Shown here: one piece after another, positions 20,791 to 31,900 of the stretch
How positions within the stretch are numbered: the first letter of the stretch is position 1
Layout of the letters: each line of letters starts with the position of its first letter
Assembly (NCBI GenBank): GCA_963755715.1
Contig: CAVWLW010000041.1
Coordinates: 32,001-96,000, forward strand
DNA length: 64,000 bases
DNA from: an uncultured delta proteobacterium
GTDB taxonomy: Bacteria > Desulfobacterota > Binatia > UBA9968
Direction of reading: 5' to 3'
Made by a program: the position numbers and the translations under genes
The notes under the pieces: generated by a model
Database searches by the model: none
Told to the model about the DNA's origin: nothing
The model's input: only the letters and a program-made list of their open reading frames with translations

Positions 20791-23484
20791 ATGTCTGTTA
20801 AAACACAAACGGTTCGGCGCACTGCGATAGCGATCGTAGCCCTCGCTGCGGTTTATTTTCTCGCCGGCAAGTTTGGCCTTTCCTTGGCGACTGAACACCC
20901 TAGCGCCTCAGCGATCTGGCCCCCTAGCGGTATCGCATTGGCGGCTCTTCTGCTTTGGGATTATCGAATTTGGCCCGGAGTTTTCCTCGGAGCTTTTCTA
21001 GTCAACATCACAACCGAAAGCAGTTTTGCGACCACCCTCGGTATCGCTTCGGGCAACACACTCGGAGCCCTTGTGGGCGCTTGGCTGATTAACCATTTCG
21101 CCAACCGGCGCAAGGTTTTTGAACGCGCAAAAAACATTTTCAAGTTTGTTTTGCTGGCCGCGCTGGCAAGCACGGCTGTGAGCGCAACTTTCGGGGTCAC
21201 TAGTTTAACGCTCGGTGGGTATGCTCCGTGGGATCGCTACGGCTCTATTTGGTTCACCTGGTGGCTCGGGGATATAACGGGGGATCTCTTAATCGCCCCG
21301 TTGCTGGTGATTTGGCTGACACAGCCCTATCCGGATCTCAAGCCTCGCCGGATATTCGAAGCGGCAGGCTTGCTGCTGTCGATTCTGTCTCTCGGGTACA
21401 TCGTGTTTTTATCGGGCACTGCACGCGGCTTGGAATATGTTCTGATTCTACCGCTTCTATGGGCGGCGTTCCGATATGGGCAACGCGGTGCTGTCACTGC
21501 CGCGTTTCTCACGTCCGCAATTGCGTTAGCGGGCACCGTCCAAGGGATTGGCCCTTTCGCCACTGCGGGTCCGAATGAAGCACTTCTTCATTTACAAGGG
21601 TTCATGGGCACGATCGCAATGGCGGCTCTAGTGCTGGCCGCCGCCATCAGCGAGCGAACGCGCGCCGAACAACGGATTGAGGTTCAAGAGGCCGTCAGCC
21701 GAATTTTGGCTGATTCTCTGGATCTCGAGGAAGCCGGTTCCCATATCCTGCAGATTTTATGTGAGCGCGCAAAATGGAGTGCGGGGGCTATATGGAATGT
21801 CGATCGAACTCTCAACGAATTGGTATGCGTGGAGTTTCGGCATGGAGCAGCCGCGGCAGCGCCGCTTTTTGAAGCCGAAAGCAGGAAACGGCGGTTTCCT
21901 TCGGGAGTCGGCCTTCCCGGCCGAGTCCTGAGCGGCGGGAACCCAGCCTGGATTCCTGACGTTACTAAAGACAGCAATTTCCCGCGCGGGCCGATAGCCG
22001 TTCAAGAAGGGCTACGTGCCGCCTTTGGCTTCCCGATAAAAGTGGCGCACGAGGTATTCGGCGTCATCGAATGTTTCAGTCGCGAGGTGCGCGAGATAGA
22101 CGATGATTTTCTCCGAACGGTAAACGACATCGGCGACCAGCTCGGAAGATTCATCGAACGCCAGCGGGCGGGGGAACTTCTTAGCCAAGCGAAAGACGAA
22201 TTAATCAAAGCGAACGAACGGCTCGAAAGACGAGTGCAGGAGCGCACCAGCGACCTGGAACAGGCCAATGCCACTCTGCTGAAAAATATCGATGAGCAAA
22301 AGCGATTGGAAGAGCAGCTCCGCCAAGCGCAGAAAATGGAAAGCATCGGGACGCTGGCCGGCGGCATCGCCCATGATTTCAATAATTCGCTGAATATCAT
22401 CCGCGGCTATGCGACGCTGATCAGCGTGCAAAGCCTGGCGAACCCGCACATCGTCGAGAACACTAAGATCATCAATGAAGAAGTTGAGCGGGGCGCCGCC
22501 GTGGTGCGGCAGCTCCTGACAATCGCACGCAAGACGGAAACCCGCCTCGCCCGCACCGATCCCAACCAGGTCGTTCTGATGGTGAGTGAATTGATCAAGC
22601 AAACGTTTCCCAAAACGGTCGAGATCAAATTGAAGCTTGATCGAACGCTGCACCCGGTGCTGGCAGATGCGAATCAGATCAATCAAGTGCTCCTCAACAT
22701 ATGCGTCAATGCTCGCGACGCCATGCCTAACGGGGGCGAGCTCACCCTGGCTACGGAGATGATCGAGGAAAACACGCTGCCAAGGCACCATCCGGAAGCT
22801 TCGGCAAAGACGCACGTCTGTATCGCGGTCACGGATACGGGAACCGGCATGGAAGAAAGCGTGCGTTCCCGAGTCTTTGAACCGTTTTTTACGACCAAGG
22901 GATTCGGTGAAGGCACCGGACTAGGGCTCGCAATGGTTTACGGCATTATGAAAAACCATCACGGTATTGTTGACGTCGCAAGCGAGCCCGGCGTAGGAAC
23001 GACCTTTCGGTTATATCTCCCTGCGTTTCAGGAAGACGCACTGTCGGTTTCTGGCGAAATCACGGAGGGGAGACTAGCCGTTCGAACTCTGGCCAAGCAC
23101 TCGACCGTTCTCGTGGTGGAAGACGAAGAGGCGATGGTCCGCGTGTTGGAAAACGATTTGCTGCGGGAAGGCTACCGCGTCCTAGTCGCCAGGGATGGCG
23201 CCGAGGCGATCGATCTCTATCAGCGGCACGGACACGAGATCGATGTCGTCTTGATGGATCTCGGGTTGCCCAAAGTGACCGGCTCCGACGTGATTCGGAC
23301 GATGAAAAAGCAAAATCCCGGAGTCCACGTCATTGTTACTACCGGCTACATAGGGCCGGAAGTGAAATCGGAACTGTTCCTAGCGGGAGTAAAGGACTAC
23401 ATCGAAAAACCCTATTTCGTGACGGACGTCTTGCAACGCGTAAGCGAGTATTTGAAGACTGCCGAACCTTCGTCTGCGATTTAA
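20791..23484 (+). CDS. Hybrid sensor histidine kinase (MASE1-GAF-HisKA-HATPase-REC)
   Basis: IWPPSG/WWLGD MASE1; GLPGRV GAF; [11 protein letters not shown]-box; [14 protein letters not shown]; [11 protein letters not shown]. Confidence 0.93.
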   Translation: MSVKTQTVRRTAIAIVALAAVYFLAGKFGLSLATEHPSASAIWPPSGIALAALLLWDYRIWPGVFLGAFLVNITTESSFATTLGIASGNTLGALVGAWLINHFANRRKVFERAKNIFKFVLLAALASTAVSATFGVTSLTLGGYAPWDRYGSIWFTWWLGDITGDLLIAPLLVIWLTQPYPDLKPRRIFEAAGLLLSILSLGYIVFLSGTARGLEYVLILPLLWAAFRYGQRGAVTAAFLTSAIALAGTVQGIGPFATAGPNEALLHLQGFMGTIAMAALVLAAAISERTRAEQRIEVQEAVSRILADSLDLEEAGSHILQILCERAKWSAGAIWNVDRTLNELVCVEFRHGAAAAAPLFEAESRKRRFPSGVGLPGRVLSGGNPAWIPDVTKDSNFPRGPIAVQEGLRAAFGFPIKVAHEVFGVIECFSREVREIDDDFLRTVNDIGDQLGRFIERQRAGELLSQAKDELIKANERLERRVQERTSDLEQANATLLKNIDEQKRLEEQLRQAQKMESIGTLAGGIAHDFNNSLNIIRGYATLISVQSLANPHIVENTKIINEEVERGAAVVRQLLTIARKTETRLARTDPNQVVLMVSELIKQTFPKTVEIKLKLDRTLHPVLADANQINQVLLNICVNARDAMPNGGELTLATEMIEENTLPRHHPEASAKTHVCIAVTDTGTGMEESVRSRVFEPFFTTKGFGEGTGLGLAMVYGIMKNHHGIVDVASEPGVGTTFRLYLPAFQEDALSVSGEITEGRLAVRTLAKHSTVLVVEDEEAMVRVLENDLLREGYRVLVARDGAEAIDLYQRHGHEIDVVLMDLGLPKVTGSDVIRTMKKQNPGVHVIVTTGYIGPEVKSELFLAGVKDYIEKPYFVTDVLQRVSEYLKTAEPSSAI

Positions 23485-23661
23485 CGTCGTCGCGAGATAG
23501 CTCGGCGCTCGGCGGTCGCCTCCTTGTGAAAAAAAAGAGGAAGCGGGCTTCGGGTCAAATTGAGAGAGAATTGAAGAACGAAGTCGGCGAAATGCTGTGG
23601 CTCGATGGGGCGTCCTCTGCGGGGGCTAATATAAAGTCTGCGCTGGCGAGCGAACGCTAGA

Positions 23662-24684
23662 CTATTTATAAAGGCCGTCGATGAAGCCGCTGCGGTCTAA
23701 CTCCGATAGCAACCGAGTGTCGACGAATTGTTCCGGCTTTGCGGTGTTGGCCTTTGAATCGCCTTCGGCAATCTGATCGAGCACACGCTGAATTCCTTCC
23801 AGAGTTGGATAGGGTTTGCGCTGCACGACGTCCTGAATGAAGATGTTGTAGGTTTCCTCCAAGCTGGTGCGATCCTTGTTAAAATCCAGTTTCATGTAGC
23901 GAGCGGTGATGCGCATACTCTCTTCTCTGTGTGTCTTTGCATAGTGGATTCCCGCGACGTAAGCGCGCATGAAGCGCGCGGCGACGTCGGGTTTTTCCCG
24001 CAGGAATGCGCCGCTGGCCGCGATAGCCGAGCCGGCGTATTCGAATTTTTCCTTGATCATATCCAGCATCGAGTAGAACCCTTGCTCTCGCGCGACGCGC
24101 GTGATCGGCGGGGCAAAGATCGCTGCCTGCACGACACCTGACTTGAGCGCGGCCAAACGCGCGGTTTGACCGCCGCCGAGTTGCAGAAGCGTCACATCGG
24201 AGAGCGGGACGTTGAGGCGCTTGAGAGCCAATCTCACGCCAAAATCCGATAGCGATCCAAAGCGGGCGATCGCAATCTTGCTCCCTTTGAGCTGGTCGGG
24301 ACGGTTGATCTTGGGATCCGACATCAAAACGTAGGTGAGGTTGTTGATCATACCGGCGATGATCTTGATGTCAGATCCGCGCAAGCTGCTCGATATCGCC
24401 GCGGTCGATCCCAGCAAGCCCAGCTGAATTTCGCCCGACAACATCGCTTGCACGGCGATGGTGCCGCTATCCAAATAAATAATCTCTGGATCGAGACCAT
24501 ATTTTTGAAACATGCCGGACTCTTTTATAATGTAGAATGCCGACTGCTCGCCTGTGATAGCGGAATAAAAGATGCGAATCTTCTCGGCAGCGAAGCTTTC
24601 TCTAGGGGCGAGAGAGCAAAAAACTGCGGCCCATGCCCAGAACATTACTGAGCCCGTTATATGGACGATTCGGCGGTTGATCAT
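23662..24684 (-). CDS. SsuA/NMT1-like substrate-binding protein
   Basis: Signal peptide; FQKYGLD; KPEQFVDTRLLSELDRSGF. Confidence 0.9.
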   Translation of the reverse strand: MINRRIVHITGSVMFWAWAAVFCSLAPRESFAAEKIRIFYSAITGEQSAFYIIKESGMFQKYGLDPEIIYLDSGTIAVQAMLSGEIQLGLLGSTAAISSSLRGSDIKIIAGMINNLTYVLMSDPKINRPDQLKGSKIAIARFGSLSDFGVRLALKRLNVPLSDVTLLQLGGGQTARLAALKSGVVQAAIFAPPITRVAREQGFYSMLDMIKEKFEYAGSAIAASGAFLREKPDVAARFMRAYVAGIHYAKTHREESMRITARYMKLDFNKDRTSLEETYNIFIQDVVQRKPYPTLEGIQRVLDQIAEGDSKANTAKPEQFVDTRLLSELDRSGFIDGLYK

Positions 24685-24898
24685 GGAATACCTCGATTAG
24701 CGGCACGCCGCACTTGTAATCCTCGCGTACGTCGGACAGCGGCTCCGCGTCGAGTCGCATAATCGTCGCGTAAAATTCCACAGTCAGCTTCTCACAGCGT
24801 GACGAGGGTCGCAATCAACTCATTGCCGGCGCGCTGCCGCTACTCAGGTTTCGGCGTCGCTCTTGACCTTCGGCTCAGTGCTGGGATATACAGCGCCG

Positions 24899-25090
24899 AT
24901 GCCGATTCAATTCATACTGCCCACGAAGTTCACTCGCGCCGACATCGAGTGGCATGTGGATACGCTGGCGCTAAAGTTCCAGGGTACGAAGAATAAAAAG
25001 ATAATCGATCAGATTGCCGGCCTGAACCGCCTGCTTGCAAAGATGGATGCTCGCAGTTCTGATCTGTCCCAACCGAAGAATCGTCAGTGA
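24899..25090 (+). CDS. Small hypothetical protein
   Basis: 63-codon ORF filling an intergenic gap, TTGACC-like promoter upstream; no recognised motif. Confidence 0.35.
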   Translation: MPIQFILPTKFTRADIEWHVDTLALKFQGTKNKKIIDQIAGLNRLLAKMDARSSDLSQPKNRQ

Positions 25091-25157
25091 TTTGCTGTTT
25101 AACTCCTGATTTGTCTTGCTTTGCGGCGCTACCCTGAACCTCTCCACCAAGCAGAGT

Positions 25158-26150
25158 CTATTGCACAGACGCGCTGACCTTACGCGCGAAGCTGAAGTCG
25201 AAAACTCGCTCAGGCGTCGGCGGCGCGGCTTTGACCCGCTGGGCGGCGGACGCGATCATCTCGCGCTGTAACTTTTCGTCCACCAAACCCGTTAGCACAT
25301 ACCCTCCTACCGCCGCTTCATAGGCACGTTCGGTAAACCGCTCGCGCTCCTTCCCTAGGTCGAGATACGGCCCCTTCATAAACTCCAGGGCGTACTTCTT
25401 GTCGTTTTTGATCAGCCGGACCGCCCGCAAGGTCGCGCGAATGGTTTTGGTCACGAGATCCGGGCGCTCAGCGACGGTCGTTCTCGCCGTTGCCAAGCCG
25501 CCCTGGATGATCCGGTAAACATCGCCGCCCGACGCGATTTTTCGAAAGCCCTCATCTTGGGCCATGAAGGTCTGCGGGATCTGCAACAGGGTGGCCTCGA
25601 TCACCCCGGCCTTCAAGGATACATAAGTCACGTCGCTGGCGCCGAGCGGCAGGAAAGTCACTTGCTCGGGCGGCACGTGATTCGCGATCAGGATCTGGCG
25701 CGCCAAAATCTCGGTCAGGCCGCCGATACCGGCCACGCCGATCTTCTTTCCGCGTAACTGTTGAACGCTGGTGATGCTCGGCTGGACGATCAAATCAAAT
25801 GACGGCGCGTCGCTCATCGCCAGAACGACCCTGACGTCGGCGCCGTTCACGATCGCGCTGACCGCAGTTCCCGTAGCCGTGCCGAAGTCGATGCTGCCGC
25901 CCAAGAGCGCCTGCACCGCCAGGTTCGCCTTAATCAGAATGATCTCGGCGTCCAAACCCTCCTCGCGGAAAAAGTTTCGCTCTCGCGCCACGTAAAACGG
26001 CATGTCCAATGTGCTGCGCGACACGATGCCGATGCGGACGGGAGAAAGCTTCCCTGGCTGTTCAGCACAAAACGTATTTTGGGTCGCGGCAGGAAACAGG
26101 ATTGAAGAGACTGAAAGGAGAACAATCGCGATCCATCCTGTTTTACGCAT
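25158..26150 (-). CDS. SsuA/NMT1-like substrate-binding protein
   Basis: Signal peptide from ATG 26150; PFYVARERNFFREEGLD, LRGKKIGV. Confidence 0.9.
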   Translation of the reverse strand: MRKTGWIAIVLLSVSSILFPAATQNTFCAEQPGKLSPVRIGIVSRSTLDMPFYVARERNFFREEGLDAEIILIKANLAVQALLGGSIDFGTATGTAVSAIVNGADVRVVLAMSDAPSFDLIVQPSITSVQQLRGKKIGVAGIGGLTEILARQILIANHVPPEQVTFLPLGASDVTYVSLKAGVIEATLLQIPQTFMAQDEGFRKIASGGDVYRIIQGGLATARTTVAERPDLVTKTIRATLRAVRLIKNDKKYALEFMKGPYLDLGKERERFTERAYEAAVGGYVLTGLVDEKLQREMIASAAQRVKAAPPTPERVFDFSFARKVSASVQ

Positions 26151-26296
26151 CGGCTTCTCCTCGCAACGATAGCGTTGGTTAAAGGACTGATGATCGCCCC
26201 GCCATTCGAGTACGCCGGCGACGAACTGCGCTGAAGTTTTCGCGGACCGCTCGCCCGCGTTCAATCTTACGATTCGATCGTGAGCGGTCCGGCATA

Positions 26297-27133
26297 CTAA
26301 CGTCCCAGACGTTCGAGCTGCTCGAGGTGATCGGTTTCCGCTGCCAGCATATTCTCCAAGCGTATCGCCAGACCTTTGTCGCCAAACTCCGCCGCCTGGT
26401 CGATCCGTTTCGCGTAGTTGCCTATGACCTTCCGTTCGGCGGCGATGTTCTGCTGCAAAAGCTCGCGGGCGGCGCCAAATTCTGCGGGCATAGCCGGTCG
26501 GATACGCACTTCGCCCCCGAGCGCCACGATCTTGTCGGCGAGAAACGTAGCGTGGTCAAGCTCGCTGGGTAGCTCTTTTTTCAGTAACTCGCGAAGCTCG
26601 TGACCGAGCATGCCGCGGCCGGCGGCCGCGTGATACACGCCCCTGAGGAGCGCCTCGAGCTCGAGGTTGAGATCTTCATTCAGGCCGTTTATGAGATCCT
26701 CCCGGGTCATGGTAACGGAATGGCCCACTACGTGCCTGACTGGCACTTTGAAGCGGCGTTCGATGCGCCGGGGCTGGTCAAGGGCCACCCAGCGTGACCT
26801 TTGCAGCGGTAGAGTGGAGATAATGATGCCGTCGTATTTTTCTTGGTGCTGTTCCAGTTCGTTCTCGATTGCTTTTACAGGCGAAGCATCGCCCACTTCC
26901 GTGCGCGCGACTTTCGCGCCCACTCCCGCTAGATGATCCTGTGCGGCCTGGGCAGTCCGCTTCGCTATTGTTTCACTATCGCCGTCCTGCCAATCGAGGA
27001 GATCTTCCACCGGTGTGGCGGGAACCAGCAAGACAAACTCCGTATCTGCATCCTTGGCAACGATCTCCCGAACTGCGTTGGTCAGCTCGGGGCTAGCGGC
27101 GGTTTGGTTGGCCAAAACGAGATAGCGTGGCAT
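26297..27133 (-). CDS. Usp-like domain fused to ferritin-like (bacterioferritin/Dps-like) domain
   Basis: N-half RYLVLANQT...FVLLVPATP...IIISTLP; C-half LNEDL..E..A...ELDHA..LADKIVALGG...AETDH. Confidence 0.7.
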   Translation of the reverse strand: MPRYLVLANQTAASPELTNAVREIVAKDADTEFVLLVPATPVEDLLDWQDGDSETIAKRTAQAAQDHLAGVGAKVARTEVGDASPVKAIENELEQHQEKYDGIIISTLPLQRSRWVALDQPRRIERRFKVPVRHVVGHSVTMTREDLINGLNEDLNLELEALLRGVYHAAAGRGMLGHELRELLKKELPSELDHATFLADKIVALGGEVRIRPAMPAEFGAARELLQQNIAAERKVIGNYAKRIDQAAEFGDKGLAIRLENMLAAETDHLEQLERLGR

Positions 27134-27374
27134 ATCACACCTCCCAAGAAGTTGTGGACTGACAACCAAAAAATAGGCCGAACGACGTCCCAAATACAAG
27201 GCTTTTTCCCTTGTGTTTTTCAGAGCCGCCGCAGCGCAAGATGCAAAACCGTAATGCCTTTGTTCATCTGCGAGCCCTTGGGCTCGCGTTGGACCAAAAC
27301 GAATCACGTCCGAAAATGGCCAATCGCTTGCTTGCGCAGGGACTGCGCATGTTCCAATCTGTCTCTACAACGTT

Positions 27375-28907
27375 ATGAAAGATTTTTACCAAGCTTTGCT
27401 CGCTCGCGACTACCGCTTCGACGGTAAATTTTTTGTCGCTGTGAAAACCACCGGAGTTTACTGTCGGCCCATTTGCCCGGCGAGGCCGAAACGCGAGAAC
27501 GTCGTGTTCTTCCCGGATGCGGCATCGGCCGAAGCGGCGGGGTACCGGCCGTGTCTGCGCTGCCGGCCCGAATGCGCGCCGCTCTCGCCGGCCTGGTGGG
27601 GCAAGCGGGCCGTGGTTCAACGCGCGCTCAAACTCATCGCCAACAATGAACTCAATCACAATAACGAGGAGGAGTTCGCTCAACGGCTGGGCGTGAGCGC
27701 GCGGCACCTGCGGCGGCTTTTCAAAGAAGAGATTGGCCGGACGCCCAAGCAGATCTCCGACGCCAACCGGCTCAATTTCGCGCGCAGATTGCTCGTTGAA
27801 ACGCCTGTGCCGATCATGACGGTAGCGCGCAGCGCCGGGTTTGCCTCGCTCAGACGTTTCAACGATGCGTTCAAGAGGCGCTTCGAGCGCGCGCCTTCTC
27901 AATTGAGGAGAACTCGGTCAAAGATCGCAACCACACAGGGCATCGAGCTCAAACTGTCGTTCAGACCGCCTTACGACTGGCAGAGCCTTATTCGGTTCTA
28001 TCAATCGCACCCGATTCCAGGCGTTGAGCGTGTTGTGGAAAACGCTTTCGAACGGGTTTTTCGCATCGACGAGACCGTCGGATTTCTGCGAGTTCAACCA
28101 GTAGCCAACCGAGCGCAGCTAAAGCTCCGCGTCGTCACTGAAGATCCGCGCATCCTTTTCGAGGTCGTGAATCGGGTCAGAAAAATGTTCGATCTAGATT
28201 CCGATCCGATGTTGATCGCTGACAGCTTTGCTCAGGTGCCGCTGCTCGCCAAGCTTGTGGATCGTTTTCCCGGGCTGAGAGTGCCGGGGAGCTGGGATCC
28301 TTTTGAGACGGCGGTCTGCTCGATCTTGGGCCAAGTCGTTTCGGCTCAACAGCGAGCCAATCTGGTGGGTCAACTCGTGCGCGGTTACGGAGAAGAGATT
28401 ATTCACCCGGTAACGGAAGAAAAAGCGTACTTGTTTCCCAGTCCCGCGGCCCTGGCGAGCGCCGAACTGAACGAAGTGAGAACAAGTCCGGCGCGCAAAG
28501 AGGCGGTTCGCGATTTCAGCCGGCGCGTATTGAGCGGAGCGATTTCTCTGTCGGAAGCTCAAGACCCGCTGATGTTTCGCAAGGCTCTACTTGGGACCAA
28601 AGGATTGGGACCGTGGTCGGCCGAATACATCAGCCTCAGATCCATCGGTGATACGGATGCCTTTCCACGCACCGACTTGATCCTCAAGCGGGTGCTCGCG
28701 CTCCATCCCGATCTGGATCTAGACGTGATCAAACCGTGGAAGTCCTATGCGGCGGTCTATCTTTGGAAAGAATTTGCCCAAACGCTATCCAAGCAAAAAG
28801 GCAAGAAACCATACGACTCTACTTTGCAGAGCGATGAAGTCGCCGGCCGGAAAGCTCAATTGAGTCGTAAACGTCGAAACCTTAGCGAAATACTGAAAAC
28901 CCTTTAA
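27375..28907 (+). CDS. alkA: Ada Zn-binding/AraC-AlkA fusion, DNA-3-methyladenine glycosylase II
   Basis: TGVYCRPICPA, RPCLRCRP Ada Zn site; AraC HTH; HhH KGLGPWSAEYI...DAFP. Confidence 0.88.
   Translation: MKDFYQALLARDYRFDGKFFVAVKTTGVYCRPICPARPKRENVVFFPDAASAEAAGYRPCLRCRPECAPLSPAWWGKRAVVQRALKLIANNELNHNNEEEFAQRLGVSARHLRRLFKEEIGRTPKQISDANRLNFARRLLVETPVPIMTVARSAGFASLRRFNDAFKRRFERAPSQLRRTRSKIATTQGIELKLSFRPPYDWQSLIRFYQSHPIPGVERVVENAFERVFRIDETVGFLRVQPVANRAQLKLRVVTEDPRILFEVVNRVRKMFDLDSDPMLIADSFAQVPLLAKLVDRFPGLRVPGSWDPFETAVCSILGQVVSAQQRANLVGQLVRGYGEEIIHPVTEEKAYLFPSPAALASAELNEVRTSPARKEAVRDFSRRVLSGAISLSEAQDPLMFRKALLGTKGLGPWSAEYISLRSIGDTDAFPRTDLILKRVLALHPDLDLDVIKPWKSYAAVYLWKEFAQTLSKQKGKKPYDSTLQSDEVAGRKAQLSRKRRNLSEILKTL
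28813..28872 (+). pseudogene. Possible 5' remnant of ogt (methylated-DNA-protein-cysteine methyltransferase)
   Basis: Alternative frame reads TTLLCRAMKSPAGKLN*VV, resembling the Ogt N-terminus (SPxGxLxL) at its usual position. Confidence 0.4.
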
Positions 28908-29010
28908 GAGTCCTTCGACCTCGCTCAGGACGAACGGAGGGGTTTTGATATGATTGATGCCATTGCCGTGCTGCGGAGCCTCATGAAGCATGAGATCTTC
29001 GAAGCAGTCC
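28885..29010. repeat. Degenerate REP/MITE-like element
   Basis: TCCTTCGACCTCGCTCAGGACGAACGG with a degenerate partner CCGTGCTGCGGAGCCTCATGAAGCA. Confidence 0.5.
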
Positions 29011-29169
29011 AAACTTTTTGCAGCAAACTTGACGACCGTTATAGCAGCGGGAGAACTACAATGAGATATTACAGTGAAGATGTCCCTGGCTCTGCAGACC
29101 TTCGCTAGTTCGGCATAAAAAGACGAATAGAGAAATCAGAGAAGACTCGCCCAAATCCACTTTAAAGCG

Positions 29170-30162
29170 TTACCGACCAAATATCTGGCTCACAAATCCG
29201 CTTTTTTCCAGCTCGGTTAAAATCGAGTTGTCGATGAACTGTTCCGGCCTCGCCGTTTTGGCGCCAGCATGGCGAGTGAAGTTCAGCACCGACTGCACTC
29301 CGGCGGTCGAAACATAGGGCACGGGCTCCCAAACTTTGATGAAGGTTTGATAGGTTTCGTCCAGGTCCTCTTGATTCGTGGTTTTGGTATAGGTGCCGAT
29401 CACCTGTTTCGTTTCTTTCGGGTTGGTGGCTGCGTATTTCACCGCTTCGATATACGCCTGCAGAAACCCCCGGACGCGATCGCGATGTTCTTTCATGAAG
29501 TCTCGCGTCGTCGCCAATCCCGCATGGATCATCGGGATATTCCGCTCGGGAACGTTGACGATTTCTTTAAAGCCCGCCTGGCGCGCCTTGAGCGTCACCG
29601 GCGCCGAAATAATCCCCGCGTCGATCACTCCGGTCGTAAGCGCGGCAAGAATCTCCGGCCCGGTTTTCAAGTAAAGCATTTTGACATCCTGCCCCGGCAC
29701 CAGGCCGGCTTCCTGAAAAAGAATCCGTGCCAGATGATCGCTGATGGAGCCGGGAGCAAGCGCCGAAACAACTTTGCCGCGCAGATCGGCCAGTGATTGG
29801 ATCTCCGGCTTGGCAAAGATGGAAAGCACCACTTTGTTCGCGATGCCGGCGATGTAAACCACCCTTTCGCCGTTGAGCCCGGCCTCGAGCAACTCGCCGC
29901 CGGGTGTGATGATATCGACGTTTTTGGTGAGCAGCGCTTGGGTGCCCGTCGTCAGCGGCAAAAATTTCAAATCGACGGAAATACCGTATTTGTTGAACAG
30001 TTTATTTTCTTGCGCGAGCCAAAGCGGCGTGAAAACGCCGCCGATCGCATTGTAGCTGGCGCGAACGACCGGCAGGTCGGCAGCCAACAAGTGGCTGATT
30101 GAAAATAGCGAACTCCAGACCAGCAGCGCGGCAAAAATCTTATGTCGTTGGGTCAGCGTCAT
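29170..30162 (-). CDS. SsuA/NMT1-like substrate-binding protein
   Basis: Start at ATG 30162; PLWLAQENKLFNKYG; RPEQFIDNSILTELEKSGF. Confidence 0.9.
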   Translation of the reverse strand: MTLTQRHKIFAALLVWSSLFSISHLLAADLPVVRASYNAIGGVFTPLWLAQENKLFNKYGISVDLKFLPLTTGTQALLTKNVDIITPGGELLEAGLNGERVVYIAGIANKVVLSIFAKPEIQSLADLRGKVVSALAPGSISDHLARILFQEAGLVPGQDVKMLYLKTGPEILAALTTGVIDAGIISAPVTLKARQAGFKEIVNVPERNIPMIHAGLATTRDFMKEHRDRVRGFLQAYIEAVKYAATNPKETKQVIGTYTKTTNQEDLDETYQTFIKVWEPVPYVSTAGVQSVLNFTRHAGAKTARPEQFIDNSILTELEKSGFVSQIFGR

Positions 30163-30166
30163 TTGC

Positions 30167-31039
30167 TTATTCCTTGCCAAACTCCCCGGTCTCTCTTGAC
30201 CAGCGGGCCAGTTCGTCATGGCCGGTAAAGACGACGCCGTCGAATTGCTTGGCGTAGGTGAGAAATTCATCGAGCACCTTCGACCTGAACGGCCGTCCCG
30301 TAATGAAGTCATGGACGACGAGCGGCATCATGACCGCGCGTTCCGCGCCGCGCTCGTAGAGAGCATCGAAGGCGGACTTGAGACCGCGCAGCATGAAATC
30401 GGGAGGATTGGCGTTCCAGGTCGAGAACCGGCTCGGCGGAAATGCCGGATTGGTGATGTCGACACCGAGCGCGGTGTCGCTGTAGGTCGCAAACGGGATT
30501 TCCAAAATCTCCCGGCCGTGGCCTTCGATCAGCGACGGCAGGTCGTCATTCCACATGCTGCCGTCCCATTCGATGTCCGAATGTTCCAGCAGCAAATCGA
30601 GCGTATTGTGACTCGCGAAGCAGGTGCGCCATCCGTGGATGTGCTCGCCCAGCAAATCTTCGAATACCGCGACGGTTTTCTTGATCAGCGCGATTTCGCT
30701 ATGGGGCGGCATATTGCACATCATCTCGTGCGCGTAGGTGTGGCCGGCGATACAGTGGCCGGCTTGCTGCACGGCGCGCGACACTTCCGGATATTTCTCC
30801 AGCGTCGCGCCGCAGATCAGCCAGGTGCCTCGGACGCCGTGCTTCGCCATGATGTCGAGCAAGCGCCAGGCGCCGCGCCGCGCGCCGTACTGCCGCTCGC
30901 TGTAGTCGAACGGATCGGGTTGGCCGTCCGGCATCGGACACGTGGCCTCCTCCGACTGGTGATGCACGCTGACGGCGATCGGCAGCCGCACGCCCTGAGG
31001 CCAGCGGAAACTTCTCTTATAACCTTTCTCGTTCCACAT
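30167..31039 (-). CDS. Polysaccharide deacetylase (CE4/PuuE-like) protein
   Basis: WPQG, YGARRGAWRLLD, GHCIAGHTYAH, HDFITGRP. Confidence 0.85.
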   Translation of the reverse strand: MWNEKGYKRSFRWPQGVRLPIAVSVHHQSEEATCPMPDGQPDPFDYSERQYGARRGAWRLLDIMAKHGVRGTWLICGATLEKYPEVSRAVQQAGHCIAGHTYAHEMMCNMPPHSEIALIKKTVAVFEDLLGEHIHGWRTCFASHNTLDLLLEHSDIEWDGSMWNDDLPSLIEGHGREILEIPFATYSDTALGVDITNPAFPPSRFSTWNANPPDFMLRGLKSAFDALYERGAERAVMMPLVVHDFITGRPFRSKVLDEFLTYAKQFDGVVFTGHDELARWSRETGEFGKE

Positions 31040-31059
31040 GGAGGACTCCTTTGAAGTGT

Positions 31060-31900
31060 TCACGGAGCGGCGGAATTCAAGCGCCATCCGGCAACGTCGC
31101 TACACTGCGCGAAGCGAAATTCTTCGTGGCCGACGCAGGCGATCCAAGAGCTGTCCAAGCACGCGCAGAGAAGCTGGGCGTCCGGTGGCCCAGGTTTGCA
31201 AGCTCAAACTCAATAGTCGCGGCGCTTTCTCGCTCTCGCGGTACAGCACGTCGAGCTCATTGTTCCACACGCTCGATAAGCCATCGGGGCCGCCGCGTTG
31301 CGGATAAGGGTAGCCCACGTACGTCTTGTCGGCGGTGCTCGTCGTAAAAGGGATCTCGACAATCTTGCGCGAACCCGTGTCGAATAGATACGGCAGATCG
31401 TCGTTCAACAAACTGCTGTCCCAAACCAGCCCCTCTTCGGCAAGAATGTCGAGCGTCTTTGGACTCACTCGGTAATCGGGACAGCGCCAGCCGCGAATCT
31501 TAACGTCGGCGATATCTTGCAGTACCTTTGCCGCGCGGCGCACGATCGAGCGCTCCTGCTCCTCGCTCGCGGTTCGAACCGATGCGAAGCCGTAACCCAT
31601 GCCGGCTATTTCGTGCCCGGCCTTGGCCGCCGCTTGCACGGTTTCAGGATACTTCTCCGCGGTTGTACCGAGCACGAAAAAAGTTGCTTTGACACGATAC
31701 TGATCGAGCAACTCGAGTATGTTCCAGATACCGCGGCGCGCGCCGTATTGCATCGCGCCGCCGACCATGTAATTCGGGCGCTCGCCGGCGAACAGCGGCG
31801 CTCCTTCTCCGGCCTGATGCTCGAAGGTCAGCATGATCGGCAATCGAACTCCCGAGGGCCAGCGAACATCTTCTATCTTCGACTTGATTTCTATTGCCAT
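31060..31900 (-). CDS. Polysaccharide deacetylase (CE4/PuuE-like) paralog with degenerate metal site (frameshift near 31135)
   Basis: WPSG, YGARRGIWNILELL, GHEIAGMGYG, GWRCP, DDLPY. Confidence 0.8.
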
